A stretch of DNA of 64,000 bases from contig DF237204.1 in assembly GCA_000708835.1 (NCBI GenBank), forward strand, positions 57,320-121,319, in the 5' to 3' direction. The DNA is from Klebsormidium nitens. Taxonomy: Eukaryota > Plantae > Klebsormidiophyceae. The translations under genes were made by a program, and so were the position numbers. Positions 12,500-26,600 of this stretch are shown piece by piece. The notes beneath the pieces are model-generated. The model made no database searches, was not told the DNA's origin, and worked only from the letters and a program-made list of their open reading frames with translations. Within the stretch, counting starts at the first letter, position 1. Each line of letters starts with the position of its first letter.

Positions 12500-15400
12500 A
12501 TGGCTGGGGCAACTCAGCCAGCACCTCTGGCCCCCGTAGCCCTCGACCAACCCATGAGCAACCCTTCCAAGATCCTCTTCCAACAAGAGACTGAGCTCCC
12601 GGCAGAAACCTCCGGAGGGCCCAACACAGACGCCAACGTAGCTTCCCCCTCTCCTAAAACCTTAGACGGAGCTTCTCAAGCCCCCAATGTAGAAGCTCCC
12701 CCTCCTGAAAGCTCTTCAAGAGAAGGACCGTCAGGGAGCCCCCCAAAGCGGCGGAAACTAGACGAGCCATGCGGGTTTTGTAATGAGCAGACTGCCAAGT
12801 ACCGGTGTCCTGGGTGTGGGGTCCAGACGTGCAGCCTGGAGTGCTCGAAAGGGCACAAAGAGCGGACGGGGTGCAAAGGGCAGCGGAACAAGACGGCCAT
12901 GGTCAAGATGGCCGAGTTTGATGAGAACAACCTCATCTCAGGTGAGTGACCGCGACAGCGCAGCGTGCTCTGACTGGCAAACGGTGACCTGGATTGCGCT
13001 GGAAGATAAGAAGCTGGACACGTGCTTGGACATGTCAGAACGCCTGGGAAGATCTCGACAAGGCCCGCAAGAGACCTGCAGCTTCAGGGATGTGTTAGAT
13101 GGGAGCATGTTCTTGCTGGCCTCCATGGCCCTGCTCAAACATTGGGGATAGAGAAAGTCAGCGAATACAATTTAGTCGTCTACTCTTGGTGCATTTGATC
13201 TGTGGCAAGTCAGTTGCATTGGGGATCAAAGGCCATGGTCCGACATGCCTCCTCAACAGTGCTCTTTCGGAAGGTCACAAGAAACAAGTGCTGACAGGTG
13301 CAGGAAATCAGCCGTCCCAAGCATCTGAGGCAAGAGGATGTTGTAGGCCGTTGAACAATTGTCCAGCCACACCATAATCATATACTGTCTTCAATCAGGA
13401 CCTTGCTGTGTAGAGGTCCGCATCTCCGCGCATTCAGTACCCTTCCAAAACGTTTCTTTGATACAAAGCAACGCGTTTCTCATTGTCCCTCGTCCTTACC
13501 CTTCTTCCTGCGCACAGACTATAACTTTCTGGAGGAGGCGCTGCGTCAGAACGAGGCGTCGCGGCGCATGCGCGGCACGTTTGAGGGCGGCCCCTACTCG
13601 CGCACGCCCGGCAAGCTGATGGCGCTCATCACCCAGGCGCGCAACCGGCGCATCGAGCTCATCCTGCTCTCGTCGGACCTGTCGCGGCGCAAAGCGAACA
13701 CGTCCTACTACGACAAGAAGTGAGCAGTTTACTTTGTTATGAGGAGCTAGAAGGAGCTTTGGTGCGTTTCTCTTTCTTATAGCAATCGTTGTTGTGTTCT
13801 GTGACCGCCCATTTCCATATTTGGTATTCAAAGCCGTCGAGAGACATGTGTCCAACTGAGTCCAAGAGAGGTGGCGCTACAAACGCGCCTCCTTTCGAAC
13901 GCCTTACCCCCATCCATTTCGCTCACCTTCCTCCCTGCGGTCCGGGTCGATCATTAGTTTTTTGGTCTGAATCTTCTGGCCGGAGTCGGTTCTTCGTATG
14001 CAACCCAGGCCTTTAGCAGGAACGCTATCGGTTGGCACGAATCCAGGAGTTTCACTGCCACGTACCTCTCATAGACGTGAAGCCGTCAGAATTAGGAGAG
14101 CGTCAAAGAAGGTCCAAGCTGCACGTGCTTGGTGTCATCTGGGCTCATCCCTTGTCATCCAAGAATCACTCTGGGGCACAGAAAGCTGACATTGCCTACA
14201 ATGTCTCGCACAGGAGGAAATGCTTCTTTTGGCGGATCGAGTGGGTGTTCCCGTCTGCCCAAGTTCAGCTGGCCACGACAAAGTGAGTCTCTGCTTTCAG
14301 AAAAGCACGACCGCCTTTGTTATCCTAGTGAACCGGGCTCGTGAGCTTCTTCCAGTCCAACGGGCTTCAGCATGGAGTTCCTCCTTTTCACTTGTCCACG
14401 CCCAACTCTCGTGATCCTCGGACTCGATAGATAAGTTGCCTCAAGAGGTTAGTTTCGCGCACAAAAGCAGTGCACATCTACCTCTTCCTGGGATCCTGCA
14501 GTCGTCCGATTAAATGAGAAATCTAAACGTCAAGCACGGGAAGCCAGCTCGCATTGGCCGCGAAGGCTGACAGCGTCGTTACTTCGACGTCATGTGCGTC
14601 CTGAGTTCGAGAGACGGCACCTACATCTTGCCTCGTCCTTCCTGTGAGGCTGCGTGATCATCAGTCGCCTCGAATCAAGGTCCGCATAAAATTTGGGCAT
14701 ATGGATCGCGTCAGAACCGCTGAGTCCTCAACAGTGGTCTTACTGGCAGCTGCCCAGACTGGGAAGACCGCCGCTGGTCCTCACTGTCGTTTTTTTTCGT
14801 GGCGCAGATTAGACGAGCACCAGCCGCCGCTGAAAGCGCTGGGCGGCCTCCTGGAGGCGCGGCCCGGCAACGCGGCGCTGCGGCACAAGCTGCGCGACTA
14901 CTGCGCCGCGGGGGCGGACACGCTCACGTTCCTGCTGCGCAAGGACTGCTGCAAGGTGCGCGCGCGCTCGCCGCGCCCAATTAGTCCGTCGTGTGACGTC
15001 TGCTGGGGCCGTATGCAACTTGGGTCTCTGTGCGATCCGCCTCAAGGAGATTGCTGTTGAAGAGAATGCAAGCCCTGCTGAAGTTCGTAATGATTTGTCC
15101 AAGTCGAATCTGCTATGAACGATGTTTGTATACACAGACTGTATTCAAGACGTCGTGCTCTCTGCCCTCCAGCCCAGTCGTTGCGACTTCTCAAGCCTAC
15201 TCGACTGGCAGTCAACAAGTCCCGTGTGTTCAAGCCCTTGAGGGACTGCCTCCATTCCATCGTCAGAAAATCGAGACAGCGTGTTTTGCTCTTGTTAAGC
15301 CAGCAACATTTGCTCAGCTTTCCCTTTGGCTAACCTGTTTGTCGAACTTCAGTCGTGGTGTTAAGCTACCATGAGCGAGTGGCAGTTCTACTCTGAACAG

Positions 15401-15970
15401 TGTGGCCTCTGAATGCGTCAGCGGGTCTGAAGATTCCAAGCGCCGTTTCGTAAACAAGTACCGCGACTCCCGCAGGCTAGCGAGCAGGTGTACTACAAGA
15501 TCGACCCGTCGCGCCCGCTGCGCAAGCTGCTGGAGCGCAAGACGCTCATCGAGTTCCCCGTCATCACGGTCGCGCTGCCGTCCGAAGCCGGGAGCTACAC
15601 CCTGGAAGAAGAGGAGCCCGAGTCGTCCGAGTCCGCGTGGGGGGCCTCTTCCGAGAAAGGCTGGCAGTCGGACGGCAACATCGCCGCGCTGGTGGATCCA
15701 AGGGTTCAGCTCTACGCAGAGAAGCCGGCAGAAGGTGGGGGAGAAGTGGGGGCCGATCGAGAAGAGGGCAACGGGCCTCCCGAGGAGGTGCCGATCGTGA
15801 GGGGGAGGGATGGAGCGGAAGTGGGGGGCGGAAAAGGCGGGGGAGAAGGGGGGGGCGATGAGGACGTTCCGGATGTGGAGCTGGCGGCGCTGCTCGCTAA
15901 GGCGGCGATGGCGGACTTCAACAGGAAGCGGAAGAAAATGGAGGAAGATGCGCGGGAGGCGAGGGCTTAG
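12500..15970 (+). CDS. ZNHIT6: zf-HIT box C/D snoRNP assembly factor (BCD1/ZNHIT6-like)
   Basis: Exon 1 contains CGFCNEQTAKYRCPGCGVQTCSLECSKGHKERTGCKGQR (zf-HIT) followed by FDENNLISDYNFLEE. Later exons at about 13520-13720, 14214-14283, 14810-14955 and 15476-15970 give SRRKANTSYYDKK, FFWRIEWVF and YYKIDPSRPLRKLLERKTLIEFPVITV, which are typical of BCD1. The start codon choice (12500 vs 12554) is uncertain. Confidence 0.9.
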
Positions 15971-17673
15971 GACGTGGCCGAGTGTCGTAACATAGGCGAT
16001 GTGGTGAAGCACGACGGTAGCCGGAGATTGGGCGGCTTCTCTTTCACAAGAGGAAAGTAGATGGAGCACGGCATGGAACCCCTAGTGAAATTGGAAAATT
16101 TTTGGGATCAAAAGTCTTCGCTCTGATTTAGCCACGCGATTCGTACGGACGCGTTCCCCCGCTCTATCGTTGTCAAGTGGACATTTTGAAGGCTCGCTGC
16201 GGCGATCGCAAACTTAAACCCCGCGGGACGGACCTCAGGCTATTGCGATCAGTGTCGCGGCGACTGCAGCCGCATGGTCCGGACTGTGACCATCCCGCTT
16301 GCGGCATTCTGCTCTGTTGATGTAAGCCTGCCGATGGAAGTTTTATACGGGTAGGGCCTACCGTCTGTGCCGGTGGCCAACCATAAAGGCTGGCGCCATG
16401 CGCCGAGCTTACTATACCCCGACGGTCGGCGTTGGTTGTTTTCCATCGTAAGAGTCGGTCTTCGATCTACTAGCTGTCATGGAGTGGGCCGGGACCCTCT
16501 GTCACGCATATACGGTAGACACGCCTCTTTACGCACGTACTACGCCGGCGGCAAACCGTGCAACAGGTGTTGAGCGCGGTGCGAGGCAATGATGATCGAG
16601 TGCTCACCGGGCGGCCACATACGCAATCGAGCCCGCCGGCGCGCCAACGTCTTTTTTGAGTGCATCATTATTCATTTACTTCGAGCTGGCGGGCGCGTTC
16701 GGCTGTACTATATGTGCGACGGCGCGCAATTTGATTAATTTGAATGACATTTGACTCACTCGAATAAACTCTATAAACAGTGATGCTCAAACGCGCTCGT
16801 ACACATCGATCATGCATGCATAGCTGCAGCTTGGGGTGGCTAACGAAAGTGATCGCTGACTTACTTATGTAAAGCGCGGCAAAGTTCCCGGCTATAAGCA
16901 TGGCTAGCTCATGCAGCATGAACGTGCTCTTGCAAATTAAGCTGCCTTAAGTTGCCCATATGCCATGGGATGCATGGCGTCTTTGTACGGTCGTGCTGAA
17001 ATTGCGGAGTCCAATAATTACAGAGAAAGATCGATTTGCCTCACTTTGACCTCCTCACTGTTATGCCTAGCCTAGCTTATCAGGTACTCTGTCTGCCATA
17101 CCGTATACTACGAGAGTAGCCGGAAATGCATATATGCAAAGAACAGTATGCTTCCTAACGTGTGCTGTCATTATCTGAATACCGTGACGTGCGCAGTCCA
17201 AGTTTTTGTTGATGTCTCTTTGACTAATTGTATAACATTAGCTGTAAGCATGCACGGGTGTCCTGTAGCGGTCATGTTTACGTCTGATCATGTGTAGAGG
17301 TCGGTATACCTTGTCCTGTGATCTGAGTAGCTGTGTTCATCTTCCTTTAAAACTGAAACTCCGTCTTCTACAGCTCAACACAATTCTTCAACGATTCATG
17401 TTGACCAATGCTCAGCATGCGAGTCATCAATTGAGCACGTCCCGCGGCCCATCTTTCGCTTGCTTCGAGCTTTTGATCTCTCCACCAGTCTCTCTGGCTG
17501 AGGAAAGCAGCTAGGTTTCCCTTCAGCTCCTCTTTTGAATCATCCAAAACACGCTTCGAACTGCGCATCCAGGTACGGTACCTGTTCAAGCCTTTCTTGG
17601 CTGAACCTGAGCCTATCAGGATCCATTCCAACGACTCAACATTTTAGGCCATTTTTCGCAGACACAGACGTGG

Positions 17674-20600
17674 CTAGGTCTTGCCCATCCTGTACGCCTT
17701 GAGCTTGTCAAACATGCCCCCCCCCTTCTTCTTCTTGCCGTCCTCGTCGTCGCTGATGGGGTCCGTCGACAGTTTCGTGTCTTTCTCGATCTGTTTGATG
17801 GTCGCCTCCGCGGCCGCGCCGTCCATGCTCTCCGCGAGCGAGAGCGTCATCGCGCGCGCCTTCATCTCCGCCTCCTCGCGCTTGCGCAGCGCGTCGCGCA
17901 TCTTTGCCTCCATATCCGCTAGCCTCGCCTGCGCGGGGTTTGAGGGTTTGCATTCCAAGCGGAAGCGAGATAATATTAACTCAACGGATATCTGATTGAT
18001 ATCCAGCCCAAGCGCCTCATGAATGTCTGGTTGGCACAAACGAGGGGCCTGAAGTGGGACAATATATTGTTGGGTTGTTGCCTTCCGGAAGCTTAGAAAA
18101 AGAGAAAAGCAGGATCTCATCTTTTAGATGTATGTAACCATTGTAATAGCATCGAGACCTCGCTTGTCGAACCGAGGCTTAGGGGATACTACGACATGGA
18201 GTGCCGATCCAGACCTGAATGCTCCTTTCCTTCTACTCCAATGTTGGGTCCCCTCACATCACACAACACCACTGATCAAACACCTGTTTGACTCAGATTT
18301 TCAGAGCATAGAGTGATTTAGACTCCTTCGAAATTCTGTTTCTGCCCTCTATCATCAGAGTACGCCTTTTTACAACCAGACTTTTTAGTCGCCCATGCAG
18401 TGCGTCGGTAACGCTAGGCACCGCTTCAGCCCGCCGTTTCGTCGCTCTCTCACCTGCTCTGCCTTGAGCTGCTTCTCGACCTCCGCTCGGCGCAGCTCCG
18501 CCTCTTTGGCGCGCGCCTCCGCGTCGCCCTTCTTCATCTCCGTCGCGCTCAGCTTCGACTCCGCGGCCGCGCGCTTCGCTGCTTCCTCTTGAAGCTTGGC
18601 CTCGGCAGCCTTCCGCTTCCGGGCCTCTTCCTGCGGAACGGAAGGTCGGAAGATTAATAACAGAGCCATGACGTCAACGAGAAAACGGATGCACATACAA
18701 GTACATCGAGGTGAGCCTCGAAAGCAGGGTACTCGTCTTGCACGGTAAGCTGGGTAACCTGGAACTTAACACGAGGTTCTCTTTGGCTTCAAAACCTTCG
18801 CCTGAACTTGACGAGCCTATAGCCTCCAAACATACCCTCAATCCCAGTGCTCCACGTGTCCTCACCTGCGCCGCCGACTCCACGAGCGCCTGCGCCTTGG
18901 CCTCGCTCTTGTTCATCGCCTCCTCAAACGCGCGCGCGCTCTTCTCCGCGAGCCGCTCCGCCTCGCGTACCTTTGACTCCAGGCCCGCGCGCGCGGCCTC
19001 TGCCGCTACCAGCCGCTGCTCCAGCTCGTTGCGCCGCGCCTCCTCGCGCGCGGCCTTTGCGTCCGCCTCCGCACGTCTAGAGCGAGAGAAGAAGATAACC
19101 TCAAAATCACATCCTTCTACTGATTTCACATCAGATCAGACAATTGTGCGACTATCAAATAGTACTTTTGAAAACTGTGAAAGAATCTTCCAACGGATTG
19201 CCTGCACCCAACAGGAACAGAATCTGATGCAACGGAATCCGATCGTCTGAAAGCTCCTCGAGCAAAAACGGCGCAATCTGGCCTCGCCAATGCATCGCTC
19301 AACGAATAGCGCCGGACCGGGCGGGTGTACACTTGAGCGCAAAACTAAAGCTCCTCACTTGGCCGCCTCGGCCTTGAGCCGCGCCTCGCTGTCGGCCCGC
19401 TTTGCTTCCGCCGCGCGCCGCTTCTCCATTTCCCCGGCCATGGCTGCGTCGGCCAGCTCCACCGCTCTCTCCTCCGCGCGCGCGTTCGCCTCCTCCTGAA
19501 GGCGCGCGAGCGACGCCTGGCTTTGCGAAAGGCTCTGCAAGCTGGACTCAGCCCGCGCGCGCCGGGCCGCCTCCTCTTCTGCGCGCGCTTCGGCCTCGAG
19601 GCGACGGGCTTCGGACTGCAGCGAGTGGCCGTTCTGTCAGTAAGACTGCATATCTCTGACAGTCCCTGGAGGTCTTGTATATAGAAGAATACTGCTGAAA
19701 AGAAAAGAGAAGAACTAAGTTCGGGTTTCAGACGAAAGATCTGGCGATGTTGTCAGGTTGATATCCCAAAAATAGCAAGCAAAAAGGTTCTCGGGACGGA
19801 AATAGCAGATCCTTTGGAAGAAACATTACCGGTTCAGCCCATCTAAGTAACGCAACAATCTTGCAGCGTACGCCCATTGAGAATACACCGATGCACCTTC
19901 GGATATAATCCTCACCTCCTTCAGTCGCTCCTCCGCCTCTTCCGCCCGCTTCCGCGCCACCTCCTCCCTCGCCTCTCCCCTGCTGCGCGCGAGCGCGCGC
20001 GCCTCGGCGACCAGTTTCTCGGCGGCCGCCGCTCTCTCTTCTGCGTCGGCCAGCCGGGCCTCCGCCTCCGCGACGCGCGCCTGAGCCGACGCGCGCTCCT
20101 CCGACTCGCTCCGGAGGCGCTGCTGGACCTCTTCCACCTGCTTGTGGAGCGCGCTCGCGGCCGCGGTGTCGAGGGTTTGAACGCGCGCGCTGTGGGCCTG
20201 CTCCAGCCGGGACGCCAGCTCGCGGGCCTGCGCAGAAGGAAAACAGGGTCAAGAAAGGTGTCTAAGCCACGAACGGTCCAAAAGCATTCAATCAAAGACC
20301 AGCTAACGATGACCACTATTCTTAGCAATCTGTTTCTCACCCAAGAAACTGAGGACGGCACTTGACAAGAGGACAGCAGACTCGGCGATTTCAATGACGG
20401 CAAGCAAAATTGGAATTGACAGCAAGTCACCTGTTAGTCAGTGCAAGTTTTCGTGTGCGAAAGAGCACACCGCTCTCGGATTGCCATTCGCACGAATGTG
20501 ATCGGGAGTACTCATCCGTGGATTGAATAGTGTTAGAGACACGTTGTCGCTCACTTTCTCCGCCTCAGCCGCTAGTTTCGCCTCCAGCTCCTCTCGCTCG

Positions 20601-23600
20601 CGCGCTGCGCCAGACGCGCCGCTTTGCGCTTCCGCCAGCGCTGCCTCCAGCCGCGCAGCCCTCCCCGTTGCCTCGCGCAGTGCCCCGTCGCCCTCTTCGC
20701 AGCGCCTGCGCTCCTCGCGCGCGCTCGCTTCCAGCGCGGACCGCTTGGCGTGCTCCTCCGTCAACTGCGCGCGCAGGGCAGCGCGCTCTCGAGCATCGTT
20801 CTCGACCTGTATTCCAAGTGGAAGAAGTGAAGGGTAAGTATCGGCCGCAGTACAGACTGGGATCACATACTTTTGATAGAGTCCCCGAATGGCACGTCGA
20901 ACGCCTTCTAATCCTGGAACCTTACACGTAGCTTGATCTCAGGTCAATGGAAGTGCCGGTAATTGCTTGAATAAGCCAACCGCGCATTTGGAGCTTGACC
21001 TTGCAGTTTGTCACGCTCGTAACTCAATAAATACTTAAGAATTCAGTGGACAGAGCCGTTTGAACGAGAACTCGCGACCTCCTCTCCAAGACGTTATTGT
21101 GGTAGGTACAACTCTTGACGGCACACCGTACAGAAACAAGACCAACGGCTTCGATGCACGCCAGCCTAAAAGGTCGCCATTAGTAGACGAAGATTCCTAT
21201 TTGCACGACAAAGCACTTGGAGTTGTGGTGCACCTCTCGAACTTGGCCCACCTGTGATTCTGCCATCTGACGTTTTAGCGCTTCTTCCCGCGCGCGCATC
21301 TCCGCCTCCTCCCTCTTGGCGGCTTCGGCCCGCGCCTCCGCGCGCGCGTTTTCGAGCGCTTCGATTTCGGCCAGGGACCCGCTCTTCTCGGCCGCCAGGG
21401 CACGTGCCTCTGCGTCAGCACGCTTGGCGCCCTCGTGCGCGGCGCGGCTCTCGGCGGCCATCCGACGGTTGCTCTCTGTCACAAAGAAGAAAAGGGTCTC
21501 ACGGTGCTGGATCCGAGGAAAGCTGTTGCTGGGGGACTGTTAGACATCGCGAGAACCAGAAATGAGCGCTGCCCTGAGTCACCGCATTATGACCGTCGGC
21601 TGCGAGTGTTACAGATAGATTTTGAGTCTTACAACAGCGTTGCAACTCATAATCGTTAAAGCCCTCAAACCCAGAATACGTCACAAGCGCTGAATGAGCT
21701 TTTGAAGGGCGGAAAGAGGAGACGCTCACGCACGTATTGCTTCATTCAGTCAGCCTGTTACATGGAGTTGCCTCACCTTCTACGAGCGCCAACTCGAGCT
21801 CCTCCTTCCGCTTCCGTTCCGCTCCGGTCCCCTCTTCCGCCTCCCGGGCTCGCTCCTTCAACTCCTTGAAGTCATCCTCCGCTTGAGCGAGCGCGCGCTT
21901 ATGCGCCTCTGCTCTCGCGATTTCATGGGAAATGGCTGCTTCCAAGGCGGCCCGCGCCTCTGCCTCCGCCTTGAGCTTGGCTTCGATATGCGCGCGCTTC
22001 GCGCTTTCTTCCGCGAGCGCCTTCTGCAGCTGCGACTGCTTCTCGACCCCGCACTGCACCCTGCACGGCAGCACGGCGGAGCAGGTCAGAGAACGGCTCT
22101 TCCGAAGTGAGCCACGTAGAAAAGTCCATAACGTAGGCTCACACACAGACAAATCTGACACGCTAAGGTACCACAGGTCTTTCAATTCATAACCCAACCC
22201 TGAAAATTGAAATCATGAGCGCCCCTACTCATAATCTGCCATCATCGTCCAGCTACAAAGCCACGTCTCCTGGCACCTGGCTGGCTCAAGAAGTTGCTAT
22301 CAAGCTGAAGCTGTCTACTATCCTTGTTCGGTAGACTGCTCGTCCTTGCTTCTCCGGTCATTGAATGATCGGCCCGTCTAAACCACTTTCGACGTGCATC
22401 TCCATCCTAGCTGTAATGCCTCAAGTCACAAAATGATGCAAAAAAGCTCTTTCTGTTCTCCAACTCACGAGAACTGCAGCTCCTGCATCTTGGCGGCCGC
22501 CTCCGCGTCCCGCCTTTCCAAAAGCTCGCGTGCCCGCGCCTCCTCGGCCGCGATCGCCTCCGCGCGCTCGCGTTTCTCCTTCTCGTCGCGCACAGCCGCC
22601 TCCGCCTGCCGCCGCTTCGCGCTCTCGCTGTTGACGTCACCCGCCGCCCGGAGCTGGATGTCCACCAGCTGCATCACAACGCAGATGACGTCAGCCAGCG
22701 CCGGGTGAGAACCGGGGGACGTCAGATTGGAACCGTCCATCAGAACCTTCAGGACCCCTCCGCGCCCAGGCCTTTACAAATCCAATGCACCTGAGGTCCG
22801 TGATCTACCATCGATTGAACAAGGAGAAGGCAGCGCACAATGGATGGAGGCCTTACGACCGGGATTGAACATCTTATGTTACGAAATCTGGGCAAGATAT
22901 TAGAAACCTCATTTTCAATGATGTATCTTTTCACCTGGCACTGCATCAAGATGTAATGGAAATTGCGAAAGACGTTATCAAGACAATTTCGCAAGGCTCT
23001 GCGCGCGCGCGCTCTCACCTTGGCCTCGAGGTCCCCGACCTTGTTCCCCTCGATCGTGGCCCGTGCCTCCGCGTTTGCCCGCCGCACCTCGTTGTCCACC
23101 GCGCGCGCCTTCCACTCCTGCATCATCGCGCGCGCTTTCGCCAGCTCCGCTTCCAACCGGTCCCCGTCCCTCTTCAACCGCTGAAGCTCGTTCTCCGTTT
23201 CCAAGAGCCGACTGTCCGCGATGAACTGCTTCTTCTCCAACTCGCGCGCGCGTCTCTCCGCCTCTCCCGCGCACTTTTCTTGCTCCTCCACCTTCCGCAG
23301 CGCGTCCGCGAGCCGCGCCTCGAGCTCGCGAGTTTTCTCGTCTGCCTTGCCCGCCTCGGACTCGCGTTTCGCGCGCTCCTCGCGCGCCATCTCTTGCGCG
23401 CCCGTCAGCTTGTATTCCAGCTTCCGGTTGACCAACTCGAGCTCGTTCCGCCGCTTCTCGGCGGCGCTTGCCACCTGCTCAAAGTCGCAGCGCAGGCTCG
23501 ACTCGCGCGCCGCGGCCGCCTCGGCTTCCTTCCGTTTGGCGGACTCCTGGAAACGGAACGATCGACGGGTCAGCAGCGCGCTATTGTGGCCATTCAGGAA

Positions 23601-26600
23601 GCGCGGACCCTCATGAGACTGGATGCTGGATCTGATAGTATCACGCAGAGAAGAAGGATGAGATGGTGAGTGCCAAGAACGATCCGTCGCCCTCCAAAAA
23701 GATTATGGACTCTGTTGGCTGTAGCGAGCGAAAAGCGCATGGAAGAATCTGGATGATTTTGCGCTGCAATGCTCCAAAAAAGCGGTCTACGATAGTAACA
23801 AACATCTTTGATGTTTTTTTGATATGGAGAAGCTGCGGAGCTCGAGGACTTATAGCGTTTTAGAAACTGCAAGGCTGCAATCCAGCAATCATTGTCTCGA
23901 CGGAATGCTTTTGCCACTCAACATATCATGCAGCACCAATTCCGTATACTCAGTGTTAGAAACCTTTGACAGTCCTCACCTCGCCCGCCGTTTGCTCGGA
24001 GGCCGCGCACCGCTTCTCTGCCTGAGTCGCCCGCACCCCCGCCTCGCTCGCGCGCTCACCCGCCTCGGCCGCCTCCTTCCGCGCAGCCTCCGCCTCTTCC
24101 TCTGCGGACTGCGCGCGTGTCTCGGCAGCGCGCGCGCGCTCTTCGGCTGCGTCGGCGGCCGCGCGCGCCTGGTGGCCCGCGTGCACCTCCGCCTGGAGCT
24201 GCTTCTCCAGCTTCTCCCGGATGTGCGTCGCGTCGTCCAGCGTCTTGCGCGTCTCCTCCAGCGCAGACGTCAGCTCCTCAACACGCTTCTCGGCCTGCGG
24301 GACAAGGGGAGAATGTGCATACGGGTGACGAGATTTCGAACTTCAGAGTGAAGGGAGTCGGACTGTTGCAATCTGCCTGACAGTGCGCCAATGGAGAGGA
24401 GCAAAGCTGATTCGTCGCTGAGTAGGCTTTATATGGGGCTGCCGTGCTACTCCTTCCTGATTGTTGCTAGGAGCGGAACTGCAGGAGGTGTCGGGGTGAG
24501 ATATCTGATTGCCTCATTCCTTTCAAGTCAAACCAAGCCTTCCCGTCCGGCGTTCAATCGATCTGGGTTCACCAGTTATGCGTCTAAATCCAATCGTTGA
24601 AGTATTGCATACGTCGAGAGGGTTTAACCCCAACTTGTTGGCAACGCTGCTTTACAAGAAGTGTCGCCAAACGGGCCGTTCACAACAATGGAGCTGGGGA
24701 CTCACTTCTCGCCCTCCCGATCTTGTTCCCGTCATGTAACTCCTCTGGTGAGTGTACTTCCAAATGAATCCACATTCTCAAACGGCAACTTGAAAGAAAC
24801 GCAAACACTCAAGCCTTGTGCCACATCGGAGCGCACACCTTTTGCCGCTTCGCCTCCGCGGCCGCTGCGCCTGCCTCGGCCCGCCCGCGCGCAGTCGCGC
24901 TCTCCAGCGCGCGCTCTTCGGCGGCGGCTCTCAGAATCTTCTCGGACGCCGCGCTCTCCTCTGCCTGCCGTCGGATGTCCTCCTCGCGACGGGCCACAGC
25001 TTCCGCGTCGGACTGCTTCCGTTCCGCCTGCCAAATCGGATAGAGTGATCAGAGTCAAAGGTCCCGCCAAATGTTTTCAAGGTTGCAACACTGACTTTCT
25101 AATAGGACAGCCACAGACGGGGCAGTCAGGAGATGGAATTCACTTCCCAAGCTGCACTTTGCCGTCAGCAACTGGAACACTCCCCTACGCAATTTTGGCG
25201 GCCCTTCCAAGTCCGTCCCTTAGAGAAGGAAGACGCACCAGATAAACATTTTCGTTGAAAGGATTCTAAATTCTTATATAGTCGACAATTGGCCCCCCGC
25301 AGCGCACCTGCGCGGCCCGGTCGAGCGCGTCCTGCAGTTTGTCGGTGGCCTCGCGCGCGCGGTCCTCGGCGGCCTTCTTCTTCTCTTCCATCTCCTCCAG
25401 CTTGGCCTGCGCGCGCCGTGCCGCAATCTCGTCGTACGCGCGCCCCACGCTCGCCTCCGCGCGCCGCATCAGGTCCACCTGCGCGATCGTCTCCGCCACC
25501 GCACCGCCCACCTGGGAAGCACGCAAAGACGGCGTCAGAGCAGTTGCTAAGCCTTAAACAACCTGCGTAGCGATAAATACCGGTGTTTGCGATTGATTCG
25601 AGCCGGTTGGTTCCGATCAAGGTGGGTACTGGCGAAACGTACTGCCAAAAGGGATGTCCCTCGATCGGGGAGTCAATGCTCGTGCTGTTCCACTGCCCAC
25701 CAGACACTGTGACGACCCCCTTGGTCGTCAAGGCCTCTACTTTCTCTGCTACTGCAGTGTTCAGAAGTTAGTCCTTAAGACAGGACATAACCTCACAAGT
25801 CAGTCGAAACACGAGGGCGTGTGGGAAAGCGTTACATTGTGTGGTCAGACGTGAACCTTTGCCAACTCTTCTTTGCACCGTGCGGCACTGATTCCCCCAC
25901 TGGTGCTACCGCGCACATCCGAGCTTCCAACATGGCTCCTCATGTTTACCACTCCCGGCAATCATGATCTGAATTCCTCGATCAAGTTTACTTGTGTAGG
26001 CTTGGCATGCTTAGTGAGTTCCTGCGCGGCGGCTCACCATGGTGGAGCCCCGCCTGCTGGCCGTGTGCGCATTGATGATCCTGATGACGTCAGCCCGTTT
26101 GCCGTGCTCCGCCAGCTGCTGCGGGGTATGCCCGTCCTGCGTACCAGCGGCCGACCATTATTCTCACGCCCCATAAGCGCTTGCTCCGTAGAGACACTTG
26201 TGCTCGTGTGATCCTCCCACTTGATCACGCATATCGCAACGCAAGATGCCTCAGCTAGCCTTCAAGTCTGTCTATCAAGATTTATGGACCACATTTTATG
26301 TAGGCTAAAGGTCCTGTATCCTGCTTCAGTTTCTGGTCACGACCCGTTTGTCTTCTTGCGCCCTACCTTAAAGCAGGGCACAGTAGGGACTGCCTGGGAA
26401 TCAGTAGAGCCGCAGGGAACCGGAAGCATGCTACGAAGTCGGCGGATTCTCGTGTAACTCCTCCTCAGAGCGACCGGTACAAGCCCGCTCAGGCAACTGA
26501 ATCAACTTTGACCGAGCGAAGGAGTGAGAGCGCATGCGGCGCACCTTGTTCTTGGCCGCCTTGTTGGCCCCCCTCTGCAGCAGCACCTTGACCACCTCCA

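Noticed and set aside
16250-16660. Possible ncRNA (box C-like ATGATGA at about 16589, T-run at about 16652)
   Set aside because: I found no matching box D, no terminal stem, no USE/TATA promoter and no conserved RNA motif.
22956-23669. Long + strand ORFs overlapping the coiled-coil exons (also 18711-19250 and 23824-24351)
   Set aside because: They are antisense shadows of GC-rich, stop-poor exons of the - strand gene.
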